Numbered from the stretch's first letter, positions 36,732 through 46,620 are shown. The stretch: 64,000 bases of DNA from an uncultured Chloroflexia bacterium (GCA_963720755.1 CAVRGP010000011.1:160001-224000); one strand, 5' to 3'. Numbers and translations are program-made. Notes: generated from the sequence alone by a model not told the origin.

Positions 36732-39067
36732 TCGGGATCGGCGGCAGCGTGGCATCGGCATCTGGCGGCGACGCGCTGGCGATCGTCGACGGCTCCCTCC
36801 GCTGGACGTGGCACGACCTCGACGTCCACGCTGGATCGGCCGCCCGGAACCTGGCGGGATCCGGGATCGGGCGGGGCGATCGGGTCGCGCTCCTGACCGC
36901 CCCGTCCGCCGCGATGGTCGCCGCGCTGCACGGCCTGGCCCGACTCGGTGCCGTCGCGGCGCCGCTGCCGATGACCGCGACCGCGCGCGAACTCGCCGTC
37001 GCCGTCGCCGCCATGGACCCGCGGTCGATCATCGTCGAGTCGGCCACCGAGGCCGCGGTGGCTGGACTCGAACGGTCGGCGATGCGTCTTGGGGAGCTTC
37101 TCGAACCGGCATACGGTCTGGACGATGGGCCAGAGGCGGCCCCAGGAACGGGTCTCGGGACACCAGGCGATCCATCCGCGCCCGCGGTCGCGGTCCTCAC
37201 CTCCGGGACGACCGGCCGCCCGAAAGTGACGCTCCTGTCCGCCGGGGCCCTCGCGGCCAGCGGTGCGGCCTGGTTGGCGGTCCTGCCCCCGGCGACCGGA
37301 TGGCTGCTCGCCCTCGGCCTGAGCCACGTCGCCGGGCTCGGGGTCGTGTGGCGCGCCGCGATGTCCCGAGTGCCGCTGGTCATCGTTCGCCGGACGGACC
37401 CCGCCACGATCCTGACCGCCCTGACGGCCGATCCGGCGCCCAGCCACCTGTCGGTCGTGCCGACGATGCTCACCCGGCTGCTCGACGAAGGTGGCGGCGG
37501 CCGCCCGCCGGCGACGATCCGCGCGGTCCTGCTCGGCGGCGGTCGGATCCCACCCGAGCTCGTCACCCGGGCGATCGACGCGGGCTGGCCGATCGTCCCG
37601 ACCTACGGCCTGTCCGAGATGGCCTCGGGCGTGACGGCTGCCACGACCGACGAGGCGGCCCGCGAACCCACCACTGCTGGACGCGCGCTGCCCGGGACCG
37701 AGATCAGGATCGTGGCTTCGGAGCGGGACGGCATCGGCGGGATCGAGGTCCGTGGCCCGTCGATCTTCAGTGGCTACCTGGGCGATCCGGACGGCACCGC
37801 CGCCGCCGTCAGCCCCGATGGCTGGCTCCGGACCGGCGATCTCGGTCGACTCGATGCCGCAGGGCGGCTGACCGTGTTCGACCGGCGGACCGACCGGATC
37901 GTCCGCGGCGGGGAAAACATCGCGCCGGCCGAGATCGAGCTGGTGTTGTCGGGCCATCCGGCCATCGCCGAGGTGGCCGTCGTCGCCCGACGGGACGCGC
38001 TCTTCGGCCAGGTGCCGATCGCGGCCATCGTCCTTCGGCCCGGCGCCACCGACCCCGCCGATGACGACCTGATCGCGTTGTGCCTCGAGCACCTGGCCCG
38101 GTTCAAGGTGCCCGCCGCCTTCATCCGTCTCGACGACCTTCCCAGGACCAGCGGCGGCAAGCTGCGGCGGGCGGAACTCCGGGCCAGGCTGGATCCCGGC
38201 GAAGCCCCGTCACGTGACGATCGCGTCGATCGACCGGGCGGGGTCCACGTCGCGTATCGAACCCATGGCACGGGGCCGGTCCACCTGCTCCTGCTCCACG
38301 GGACCCTGTCGACCGCCGCCCAGCTGGCGGCACTCGCGCGACACCTCGTCACCCCCGGCGATCTGACGGTGCATGCCGTCGACCGCCGCGGCAGCGGCCA
38401 GAGCCGGCTCGATCGGCCGTCGCCGATCGAGGTCGGTGTCCACGTTGACGACCTCCTGGCGATCCTCGACGCGGAGGGCTGTCCCGCCGCTGCCGTCGCC
38501 GGGGTGAGTTTCGGCGGGGTGGTCGGCCTCGAACTCGCGGCGCGCGCGCCCGGTCGGGTCCTCGCGCTCGTCGCCTACGAACCGCCGTATGGCCCGCTCG
38601 CCGATCCCGACACGCGCACGACCTTCCAGGCTGTGGCCGCCACCACCGATCGGGCGTTCCAGCGTGGCGGGACCGCCGCGGCCGCCGAAGCGTTCATGCG
38701 CGGCGTCGCCGGCTATGAAGCGTGGGAGCGGCTGCCCGAGCGCACGCGGCGATCCCTCGCCGACGAGGGCGGTGGCGCCTACGTCGATGCCGCCCTTCTC
38801 GGCCTCGACCCGACCGGTCTGGCCGGGATCACGGCACCGACCACGATCCTGACCGGTGACGCCAGCGAGCCGTTCTACCGGCCGATCGCCGAAGCGTTGA
38901 CGGCGCGGATCGATGGCGCCCGGCATGTCGGATCGCCGGGGATGAAGCATGCTTCGCCGATCACCGAGCCGGTACCCGTCGCCGCCGCGATCCGGACGGC
39001 ACTCGCCGAGGCCGGCCTGATCGGGCCGGATCCGCATCCGGTCGTCATCGAGGAGCCCACGACGTGA
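36728..39067 (+). CDS. menE: OSB-CoA ligase fused to a C-terminal alpha/beta-hydrolase
   Basis: TSGTTGRPK, TYGLSE, LRTGDLG, LPRTSGGKL. Then, in frame from ~38220, LLLHG, DRRGSG, GVSFGG, YEPP, GMKHASP. Confidence 0.9.
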   Translation: MIGIGGSVASASGGDALAIVDGSLRWTWHDLDVHAGSAARNLAGSGIGRGDRVALLTAPSAAMVAALHGLARLGAVAAPLPMTATARELAVAVAAMDPRSIIVESATEAAVAGLERSAMRLGELLEPAYGLDDGPEAAPGTGLGTPGDPSAPAVAVLTSGTTGRPKVTLLSAGALAASGAAWLAVLPPATGWLLALGLSHVAGLGVVWRAAMSRVPLVIVRRTDPATILTALTADPAPSHLSVVPTMLTRLLDEGGGGRPPATIRAVLLGGGRIPPELVTRAIDAGWPIVPTYGLSEMASGVTAATTDEAAREPTTAGRALPGTEIRIVASERDGIGGIEVRGPSIFSGYLGDPDGTAAAVSPDGWLRTGDLGRLDAAGRLTVFDRRTDRIVRGGENIAPAEIELVLSGHPAIAEVAVVARRDALFGQVPIAAIVLRPGATDPADDDLIALCLEHLARFKVPAAFIRLDDLPRTSGGKLRRAELRARLDPGEAPSRDDRVDRPGGVHVAYRTHGTGPVHLLLLHGTLSTAAQLAALARHLVTPGDLTVHAVDRRGSGQSRLDRPSPIEVGVHVDDLLAILDAEGCPAAAVAGVSFGGVVGLELAARAPGRVLALVAYEPPYGPLADPDTRTTFQAVAATTDRAFQRGGTAAAAEAFMRGVAGYEAWERLPERTRRSLADEGGGAYVDAALLGLDPTGLAGITAPTTILTGDASEPFYRPIAEALTARIDGARHVGSPGMKHASPITEPVPVAAAIRTALAEAGLIGPDPHPVVIEEPTT

Positions 39068-39807
39068 CCAAGCCAAAGGATGTGCCGGACGGACGCGCGA
39101 CCGACCGCGGCAACGCCGCCCCGACCTCCGAGGTCAGCGCGATGTTCGACTCGATCGCTCGCGTCTACGATCCGATGAACCTCGTCATCTCCGCGTTCCA
39201 GGAGCCTCGCTGGCGGAAGCGTGCGGTCAGCCTCTCCGGGGCCGGGCCAGGTGGCCGGATCCTCGATGTCGCGACCGGCACCGGAAAGGTCGCGGCCGAC
39301 CTGAATCGGCACGTGCAGCCGGGCGGGAGCGTCCTTGGCATCGATATCTCACCGGGCATGATCGGGGTCGCCCGGCGCCGCTTCCCCGACCGGCCGGGAC
39401 TCACGTTCATGGTCGGTGACGCCCTGGCCCTGCCGACCGACGACGCGTCGTTCGACGCGGCCACGATCGCCTTCGGCATGCGCAATCTGCCGGACTACGC
39501 CAAGGGCTTCGCGGAGATGGTCCGGTCAGTCCGGCCGGGTGGCCGCGTGGTCTGCCTCGAGATCGCCCGGCCCCGGAGCCGGCCGGCGCGAGTCCTGCAG
39601 CTGTGGTTCGACCGGGTCGTGCCCCTGGTCGGCAGGGTGGCTGGCCAGGGCGGCGCGTACGGCTACCTCGTCCGCAGCGTGCGTGGCTACCCCGATCCCG
39701 AGCGGATCGCCGAGATCATGCGCGACGTCGGCCTCGAATCGGTCAGCTGGCAACCGATGTCCGGCGGGATCGTCACCCTCCACGTGGGGACCGTGCCCGA
39801 ACGGTGA
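39064..39807 (+). CDS. menG: Demethylmenaquinone methyltransferase (MenG/UbiE)
   Basis: MFDSIARVYD.MN, LDVATGTG, FDAATIAFGMRN, AYGYLVRSV. Confidence 0.93.
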   Translation: MTKPKDVPDGRATDRGNAAPTSEVSAMFDSIARVYDPMNLVISAFQEPRWRKRAVSLSGAGPGGRILDVATGTGKVAADLNRHVQPGGSVLGIDISPGMIGVARRRFPDRPGLTFMVGDALALPTDDASFDAATIAFGMRNLPDYAKGFAEMVRSVRPGGRVVCLEIARPRSRPARVLQLWFDRVVPLVGRVAGQGGAYGYLVRSVRGYPDPERIAEIMRDVGLESVSWQPMSGGIVTLHVGTVPER

Positions 39808-39839
39808 ATCCGGCGAGCTTGCGGTAGCATTCCTCGCCC

Positions 39840-40778
39840 ATGACGGAGACGCCCACTCCCTCGCTCATCCATGCCCGCGGCCTGACCAAACGGTTCGGCG
39901 GGTTCACCGCGGTCGACGCGATCGACTTCGATGTCGCGCCCGGGGAATCGTTCGGATTCCTCGGACCGAACGGCGCCGGCAAGACGTCGACGATGCGGAT
40001 GATCGGGTGCGTCTCGCCGATCACGAATGGGCTCCTGACCGTGATGGGGATGGACCCGGCCACGGACGGCGCTCGGATCCGGGCGCGCCTCGGCGTCGTG
40101 CCCCAGACCGACACCCTCGATGTCGAACTGACCGTTCGCGAGAACCTGTCGATCTACGGCCGCTATTTCGGGCTCAGTCGGGCGGAAGTCAACCGACGGG
40201 CCGATGAGCTGCTCGAATTCGCCCAGCTGACCGAGCGCGCCAACGACCAGGTCGAGCCGTTGTCGGGCGGCATGAAGCGGCGCCTGACGATCGCCCGGTC
40301 CTTGATCAACGAGCCGACAGTGCTGCTCCTCGACGAACCCACGACCGGTCTCGACCCACAGGCCCGCCACCTGCTGTGGGATCGCCTGTACCGGCTCAAG
40401 CAGCGCGGCGTCACCCTTGTCCTGACGACCCACTACATGGACGAGGCGGAGCAGCTATGCGACCGGCTGGTGGTCATGGACAAGGCGAAGATCGTCGCGA
40501 TGGGTAGTCCGCGCTCATTGATCGAGCAGTATTCGACCCGCGAGGTCACCGAGTTGCGCTTCGCTCCCGGGATCGCCGAGACGCTCGACGGCGAACTCGA
40601 CGGCCTGGCCGAGCGGATCGAGCATCTGCCCGATCGCGTCCTCCTGTACGCGGATGACGGCGACGCTGCCGCGGCCGCGGTCCATGCCCGTGGGCTTCGA
40701 CCCGAGACGGTCCTCGTTCGACGCTCGTCGCTCGAGGACGTCTTCCTTCGCCTGACCGGCCGTTCATTGATCGACTGA
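39840..40778 (+). CDS. ABC-2 exporter ATPase (NodI/DrrA-like)
   Basis: GPNGAGKT, LSGGMKRR, LLDEPTTGLDPQAR. Confidence 0.92.
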   Translation: MTETPTPSLIHARGLTKRFGGFTAVDAIDFDVAPGESFGFLGPNGAGKTSTMRMIGCVSPITNGLLTVMGMDPATDGARIRARLGVVPQTDTLDVELTVRENLSIYGRYFGLSRAEVNRRADELLEFAQLTERANDQVEPLSGGMKRRLTIARSLINEPTVLLLDEPTTGLDPQARHLLWDRLYRLKQRGVTLVLTTHYMDEAEQLCDRLVVMDKAKIVAMGSPRSLIEQYSTREVTELRFAPGIAETLDGELDGLAERIEHLPDRVLLYADDGDAAAAAVHARGLRPETVLVRRSSLEDVFLRLTGRSLID

Positions 40779-40783
40779 GCCGG

Positions 40784-41578
40784 ATGACATCGCTGGCACG
40801 CCCCAGTTCCCCCGTCGGCCGGGTCTTCGAGCATCGGTTCCTGCTCTACCGGCGGACGTTCCGCGCATCGATCTTCTCGTCGTTCGTGTCGCCGGCCCTG
40901 TTCCTGACGGCGATGGGGATCGGTCTCGGCGGCTATGTGACCAACGACGCGGCGCTGGGCGGGGTGCCCTACCTCGCATTCCTGGCTCCTGGACTGCTGG
41001 CCGCGACCGCGATGCAATCGGCTTCGTTCGAGGCCACGTTCCCGATCATGGGCGGACTCGTCTGGAGCAAGATCTTCCACGCGATGTACGCGACGCCGAT
41101 CTCGCCGCGTGACATCGCCCTCGGTAATCTCGCCTGGATCGCCGCTCGACTGACGCTGATCGCGACGATCTTCACCCTCGTCATCGTCGCGTTCGGGGCC
41201 GCGGAGTCGCCGACCGTCGTGTTCTCGATCCCGGCCGCCGTGCTGACCGGACTCGCCTTTGCCGGGCCGATCGCCGCGTTCTCGGCCACCCAGAAGACAC
41301 CCAACAAGTTCGCGGCCATCTTCCGGTTCGGGATCACCCCGCTGTTCCTGTTCTCCGGGACGTTCTTCCCGATCAGCTCGTTGCCCGCGGTGCTCCAGGC
41401 CCTCGCCTGGTTGACACCCCTGTTCCACGGCGTGGCGCTCACCCGGGGGCTGTCGCTGGGTACGGTCAGCGAAGACCCGGTCGCCATGGCGATCCACCTG
41501 GCCTACCTCGTCGCGCTCGCCTCGGTCGGGGCGTACCTGACGATCCGGAACATCGAGCGCAGGCTGGTCCGCGGATGA
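40784..41578 (+). CDS. ABC-2 exporter permease (NodJ-like)
   Basis: YLAFLAPGLLA, PLFLFSGTFFPI, TPLFHGV. Confidence 0.9.
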   Translation: MTSLARPSSPVGRVFEHRFLLYRRTFRASIFSSFVSPALFLTAMGIGLGGYVTNDAALGGVPYLAFLAPGLLAATAMQSASFEATFPIMGGLVWSKIFHAMYATPISPRDIALGNLAWIAARLTLIATIFTLVIVAFGAAESPTVVFSIPAAVLTGLAFAGPIAAFSATQKTPNKFAAIFRFGITPLFLFSGTFFPISSLPAVLQALAWLTPLFHGVALTRGLSLGTVSEDPVAMAIHLAYLVALASVGAYLTIRNIERRLVRG

Positions 41579-42375
41579 CGGCGATGCGGGTAGCGCCCGC
41601 CTTCACCATGGGTAGCCGGCGGTCGGCTCGACTGATCGAACGGAATCTGTACGTCTACAAGCACGGCTGGCTGGTGCTCCTGTCCGGCTTCTTCGAACCC
41701 CTCTTCTACCTCCTCGGTATCGGCTTCGGGCTCGGCGCGCTCATCGGCACGATCCCGGGTCCGGACGGCCAGCCGATCAGTTACCAGGCGTTCGTCGCCC
41801 CGGCCCTTCTGGCCAGCGCGGCGATGAACGGCGCGATCAACGAGAGCACGTTCAACTTCTTCTTCAAGCTCAACTACAACAAGACCTTCACATCCATCCT
41901 GGCCACGCCCCTGTCGCCCGGGGACATCGCCCTCGGTGAGCTCGGATGGGCGCTCATCCGTGGCGGGCTCTATTCGATCGGGTTCATGGGCGTGATGCTG
42001 GTCTTCGGGCTGTTCACCTCGCCCTGGGTCGTGCTGGCCGTGCCGGCGGCCCTCCTCGTGGGGTTCGCCTTCGGGGCCGTCGGGATGGCGGCAACGTCGT
42101 TCATGAAGTCGTGGCAGGACTTCGACCTGATCCAGCTGGTGGTCTTGCCGATGTTCCTGTTCTCGGGCACGTTCTACCCGATCGACGCGTACCCGGAAGC
42201 GCTCCAGCTGTTCGTCCGACTGACGCCGCTCTACCAGGGCGTCGACCTGATCCGGTCGCTCACTCTCGGCCTGATCTCGCCGATCCTGATCGTTCACGTC
42301 GCGTACCTGACGGTCATGGGCGTCGTCGGCCTGGCCGTCACCTCGAGGCGGCTGGACCAGCTGCTCCTGCGCTAG
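41575..42375 (+). CDS. ABC-2 exporter permease (NodJ-like, second paralog)
   Basis: YQAFVAPALLA, PMFLFSGTFYPI, TPLYQGV. Confidence 0.9.
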   Translation: MTAMRVAPAFTMGSRRSARLIERNLYVYKHGWLVLLSGFFEPLFYLLGIGFGLGALIGTIPGPDGQPISYQAFVAPALLASAAMNGAINESTFNFFFKLNYNKTFTSILATPLSPGDIALGELGWALIRGGLYSIGFMGVMLVFGLFTSPWVVLAVPAALLVGFAFGAVGMAATSFMKSWQDFDLIQLVVLPMFLFSGTFYPIDAYPEALQLFVRLTPLYQGVDLIRSLTLGLISPILIVHVAYLTVMGVVGLAVTSRRLDQLLLR

Positions 42376-42404
42376 ACCGGTCCGATCGTGGCTTCGGTGC
42401 ACCG

Positions 42405-43100
42405 ATGAAGGACCACCCGGGGCTCGTCGCCCTGACCTCGGAGATCGTCGACTGCCGGCGCTGCCCGCGACTCGTCGCATGGCGACAACAGGTCGCTCGG
42501 GACAAGGTCCGCCGGTTCCGGGACGAGCCGTACTGGGGTCGGCCGGTCCCCGGGTTCGGCGATCCGGACGGGCGGATCCTCATCGTCGGCCTTGCGCCCG
42601 CGGCGCACGGCGCGAACCGCACCGGGCGGGTCTTCACTGGTGACGCATCGGGCGATCTCCTGTGGGCGACCCTGCACGCCATCGGGCTGGCCGACCGCCC
42701 GACATCGCGCTCGGCCGACGATGGCCTGACTCTGACCGATAGCTACATCGCCGCAGCCGTCCGGTGTGCGCCACCGGCCAACAAGCCGACGGTCGAAGAG
42801 CGTGACGCATGCGCCCCGTTCCTGGTTCGCGAGATCGGGTTACTGGACGAACTGAAGGTCGTGGTCGCACTCGGCGCGTTCGGTTGGGACGCCGTCATCC
42901 GCGCGTTCGCGACGCTCGGCCATGAGGTCCACCCGAAGCCGCGTTTCGGGCATGGGGCCGAGGCGCAGATCGGACCGTTCCGCCTCATCGGTACCTATCA
43001 TCCCAGCCAGCAGAACACGTTCACCGGCCGTCTGACGCCATCGATGTTCGAGGCGGTCCTCGCTCGAGCGAAGGCGCTGGTCGCCGTCCTGCCTGCCTGA
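42405..43100 (+). CDS. Uracil-DNA glycosylase family 5 (UdgB-like)
   Basis: CRRCPRL, GLAPAAHGANRTGRVFTGD, VRCAPPANKP, HPSQQN. Confidence 0.92.
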   Translation: MKDHPGLVALTSEIVDCRRCPRLVAWRQQVARDKVRRFRDEPYWGRPVPGFGDPDGRILIVGLAPAAHGANRTGRVFTGDASGDLLWATLHAIGLADRPTSRSADDGLTLTDSYIAAAVRCAPPANKPTVEERDACAPFLVREIGLLDELKVVVALGAFGWDAVIRAFATLGHEVHPKPRFGHGAEAQIGPFRLIGTYHPSQQNTFTGRLTPSMFEAVLARAKALVAVLPA

Positions 43101-43128
43101 CGCCACCTCCCGTATCCTTCTCATCCCG

Positions 43129-44250
43129 ATGGCCACGACCGAACGCGACCTGTACATGATCCTCGGCGTCGAGCGCAACGCGAGCGACGCCGAGATCAAG
43201 CGCGCCTTCCGCAAGCTCGCCCAGCAATGGCACCCCGACGTCAACGCGGACCCCGCGGCGCAGGAGCGGTTCAAGGAGGTCAACGAGGCCTACCAGATCC
43301 TGTCCGACCCGGACCGGCGGTCCCGCTACGATCAGTTCGGCCGGGCCGGCGTGGACGGTGGCCCCGGAGGCGCCGCCGGATTCGAAGGGTTCGGCGGCTT
43401 CTCGGACATCTTCGATGCCTTCTTCGGTGGCGGAGCCGGTGGCGCTGCCGCCCGACACGGGCGACCGCAGGCGGGCGCCGATCTTCGCTATGACCTGCGG
43501 ATCACCTTCGAAGAGGCGGTCGCCGGGACCGAGAAGGAGATCTCCTTCTCGGTCCTCCAGGCGTGTGAGACGTGCGGCGGCGATGGCGCCAAGCCGGGCA
43601 GCGAGCCGACGACCTGTCCGCGTTGCGGCGGACGCGGCGAGGTCCGTTCGGTCCGCCAGACGATGCTCGGACAGATGGTCAACGTCAGCGCCTGTCCACG
43701 CTGCCAGGGTGAGGGCAAGATCATCGAGACGCCGTGCGACACGTGCCACGGCGACGGGCGGACCGAGCGAAAGCGGACCCTTCGGGTCAGCATCCCCGCG
43801 GGGATCGATGAGGGCCATCAGATCCGACTGTCGAATGAAGGCGAGTCCGGGCCACGAAACGGCCAACCGGGAAGCCTGTACGTGGCCGTCCACGTCGAGT
43901 CCCATCCATCGCTGACTCGTGACGGCACGGAGCTGTACTACGAGGCGGTCGTCTCGATCGCCCAGGCGGCCCTCGGGACCCGGATCACCGTGCCGACGGT
44001 CGACGGCACCGAAGAGGTCGAGATCAAGCCCGGGACCCAGCCCAACACGGAGATCCGCTTGCGTGGCAAGGGCGTGCCCCACCTCCGCCGTTCCGGGCAG
44101 CGCGGCGACCTCCACGTGATGGTGGACGTGGTCGTGCCCACCAAGCTGTCCAAGAAGGCTCGCGAGCTCCTGGCCGCGTACGCCGACGAGGCCGGCGATC
44201 CGGTCGAGCATGGCGGTGGGGGCCTGCGCGAAAAGCTGGGGCTCGGTTGA
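43129..44250 (+). CDS. dnaJ: Chaperone DnaJ
   Basis: HPD motif, G/F region, four CxxCxGxG. Confidence 0.98.
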   Translation: MATTERDLYMILGVERNASDAEIKRAFRKLAQQWHPDVNADPAAQERFKEVNEAYQILSDPDRRSRYDQFGRAGVDGGPGGAAGFEGFGGFSDIFDAFFGGGAGGAAARHGRPQAGADLRYDLRITFEEAVAGTEKEISFSVLQACETCGGDGAKPGSEPTTCPRCGGRGEVRSVRQTMLGQMVNVSACPRCQGEGKIIETPCDTCHGDGRTERKRTLRVSIPAGIDEGHQIRLSNEGESGPRNGQPGSLYVAVHVESHPSLTRDGTELYYEAVVSIAQAALGTRITVPTVDGTEEVEIKPGTQPNTEIRLRGKGVPHLRRSGQRGDLHVMVDVVVPTKLSKKARELLAAYADEAGDPVEHGGGGLREKLGLG

Positions 44251-45194
44251 GCGATCCGGTCGGCGGCGGCGGTGCCTGGTTGGAGCTGTCGGTCACCGCG
44301 GACGTCGAGGCGGTCGAGGTCGTGAGCGAGATCTTCGGTCGAGTGGCGCCGGGCGGGATCACCATCGAGCCGGCCTTCGACCTTGTCGACGAGGGCCTGG
44401 GGGTGCGCGTCGATCCGACTCGGCCGGCGACGATCAGAGCGTACGTTCCGGCTCGGGACCGCGCGGCGGCCGAGCGCGCGGCCGCCGAGGTCGCGGACGC
44501 GCTCGGCCACCTGCAGGCATTCGGCCTGCGCCCGATCGGCGACCTGCAGACGCGGGTCGTCGACGAAGCGGATTGGGCCGATGCCTGGAAGGCGTACTTC
44601 CCGGTGATGCGGATCGGTCGCAGGCTCGTCATCCGGCCGACCTGGCGCCGCCATCGGCGTCAGCCGGACGACGTCGTCCTGGCCCTCGATCCCGGGATGG
44701 CGTTCGGGACGGGACTCCACCCGACGACGCGGTTATGCCTGGCCGGGATCGAGGCGCTCGCGGATCGCGGGCGGCTCGACGGCGCGCGCGTCCTCGATGT
44801 CGGCTGCGGCTCGGGGATCCTGGCGATCGCGGCGCTCAAGCTCGGGGCAGCGACGGCGCTCGCCCTCGACACCGACCCCATCGCCATCGAGGCGACCATG
44901 GCGAATGCGCGCCGGAACGCGCTTGTCCGCCGGGTGTCGACCGGGGTCGGCAGCCTGCCGAGTGACGCCCCGGCCTTCGATATCGTCCTGGCCAATCTCA
45001 TCGCCGGGATCCTGGTGCCGCTCGCGACCGCGCTGCGCGAGGAGCTCCGGGTCGGGGGCTTCCTGATCGCATCCGGGATCTTCGTGGACCGTGAAGACGA
45101 GGTCCGTCGCGCGTTCGACGCCGCCGGACTGACCGTGACCGGACGAGCGACGGAGGGTGAATGGGTCGCCCTCGAGGCTTCGCGCCAGGGCTGA
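44247..45194 (+). CDS. prmA: Ribosomal protein L11 methyltransferase
   Basis: DWADAWK, LDPGMAFGTGLHPTT, LDVGCGSGILAI. Confidence 0.95.
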   Translation: MSDPVGGGGAWLELSVTADVEAVEVVSEIFGRVAPGGITIEPAFDLVDEGLGVRVDPTRPATIRAYVPARDRAAAERAAAEVADALGHLQAFGLRPIGDLQTRVVDEADWADAWKAYFPVMRIGRRLVIRPTWRRHRRQPDDVVLALDPGMAFGTGLHPTTRLCLAGIEALADRGRLDGARVLDVGCGSGILAIAALKLGAATALALDTDPIAIEATMANARRNALVRRVSTGVGSLPSDAPAFDIVLANLIAGILVPLATALREELRVGGFLIASGIFVDREDEVRRAFDAAGLTVTGRATEGEWVALEASRQG

Positions 45195-45242
45195 TCCCGC
45201 GCCGGCAGGCGGTCGGCCGCCTGGGGCCTACAATCGGCGGCG

Positions 45243-45701
45243 ATGCCCGCCTACTTCCCGGCCCTGCTCGTCGCCCACATCATCCTCGCCGTCAGCCTCG
45301 TGCTGCCGTCGATCCTCCTCCCGTTCGCGCTTCGGACGCGGCGGGCGACGATCGAGTCGGAGCATCGCGTGGTGCGCGGGCTGCTGTGGGCGCAGACTCA
45401 CGGGACGATCGCCATCGGGTTGGGCCTGGCGCTGACCGGTCTCGGCCTCATCGGCGCGCTCGGTTCGACGATGCTCGAGCAGCCATGGCTGATCCTTGCC
45501 CTGACGATCTACTTCATCAATCTCGGGATCGCCTTCTTCGTCCAGCGGCCCAACCTGCGGCGACTCATCGGCGTCCGGGCCGCAGCCGATGACCAGACGT
45601 GGCTCGATCGCGCCAGGCGGCAGCGCTACGTGTCGTACCTGATGGCCGGCCTGGTCGGCACGATCGGGTTCCTGATGAGTTCGAAGCCGGTCCTGTGGTG
45701 A
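45243..45701 (+). CDS. DUF2269-like membrane protein
   Basis: 4 TM; N-terminal AHII, PWL, C-terminal FLMSSKP. Confidence 0.7.
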   Translation: MPAYFPALLVAHIILAVSLVLPSILLPFALRTRRATIESEHRVVRGLLWAQTHGTIAIGLGLALTGLGLIGALGSTMLEQPWLILALTIYFINLGIAFFVQRPNLRRLIGVRAAADDQTWLDRARRQRYVSYLMAGLVGTIGFLMSSKPVLW

Positions 45702-46066
45702 CCGCGGAGGAGGTGCCGGTGGCCCCGGATTGTCTGTTCTGCAAGATCGCGGCCGGCACGATCCCGGCCGACAAGGTCCACGACGATGATCTTGTCGTCG
45801 CGTTCAGGGACATCGCCCCGAAGGCCCCGACGCATATCCTCTTGATCTCCCGCCGGCACATCCCGTCCGCGCGCGAGTTGACCGAGGCCGATGGCCCGAT
45901 GCTCGGCCGCCTGTTCGCGGTCGCTGCCGACCTTGCCCGATCGTCCGGGATCGCGAGCGATGGGTACCGGCTCGTCTCGAACGTCGGCCGCTGGGGCGGC
46001 CAGACCGTGGATCACCTGCACCTCCACCTGATGGGCGGGCGGTCGTTCGAGTGGCCGCCCGGATGA
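45698..46066 (+). CDS. HIT (Hint) family nucleotide-binding protein
   Basis: DCLFCKI, FRDIAPKAPTH, GQTVDHLHLHLMGG. Confidence 0.95.
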   Translation: MTAEEVPVAPDCLFCKIAAGTIPADKVHDDDLVVAFRDIAPKAPTHILLISRRHIPSARELTEADGPMLGRLFAVAADLARSSGIASDGYRLVSNVGRWGGQTVDHLHLHLMGGRSFEWPPG

Positions 46067-46608
46067 CCCGGAAGCGCGCCTCGGCCGGATCGGCCGCCCT
46101 CGCGATCATGCTGCTCCTCGTCGCCGGGTGTGCGCCGGCCGAAGGTCCGGTGCAGAGCGTCCCGGTCGCGTCGGTCGGGCCCGACCGGACAGTGAGTCCC
46201 ACGGTGGCCCTGACCCGGGCTGCGCTCGTCAGCGCCCTCGGTGCGCACAACCTCGTCCTGACCGACAGTCAAGCGCCGGTCCGGCCTGCCGAGGCGGCAT
46301 CGCTCGCCGCCGCCCCACGGGCCGTCTACCAGGTCACGCTCCCGAAGGACCCGGACAAGGGATACATCGTCGTCTATGAATTCGCGGATCCCACCCTTGC
46401 CGCCGCTGCGGCCGCCGAACAGCAGGCGTACCTCGCGACGGGACCGGGCCGGGTCCAGACCCCACAGGGGACGGTCACGATCATCCGCCAGGTCGGCAAT
46501 ACGGTCGTTCTCTACGATTGGCTTCCCGGCGCGGCACAGGACGACGCCGCGCCAGGGATCCAGACCGCGCTCGAGACGCTCGGGATCGGTTTTCCCGTCC
46601 CGAACTGA
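46063..46608 (+). CDS. Putative lipoprotein
   Basis: Basic N-terminus, hydrophobic core, lipobox VAGC; ATGA overlap with the HIT gene. Confidence 0.75.
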   Translation: MTRKRASAGSAALAIMLLLVAGCAPAEGPVQSVPVASVGPDRTVSPTVALTRAALVSALGAHNLVLTDSQAPVRPAEAASLAAAPRAVYQVTLPKDPDKGYIVVYEFADPTLAAAAAAEQQAYLATGPGRVQTPQGTVTIIRQVGNTVVLYDWLPGAAQDDAAPGIQTALETLGIGFPVPN

Positions 46609-46620
46609 CGCAGGGGACGT

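Noticed and set aside
39840-42375. NodI/NodJ-like exporter as evidence of nodulation or quinone export
   Set aside because: This ABC-2 family is widespread, there are no nodABC genes, and it has its own -10 box, so a functional link to men is unsupported.
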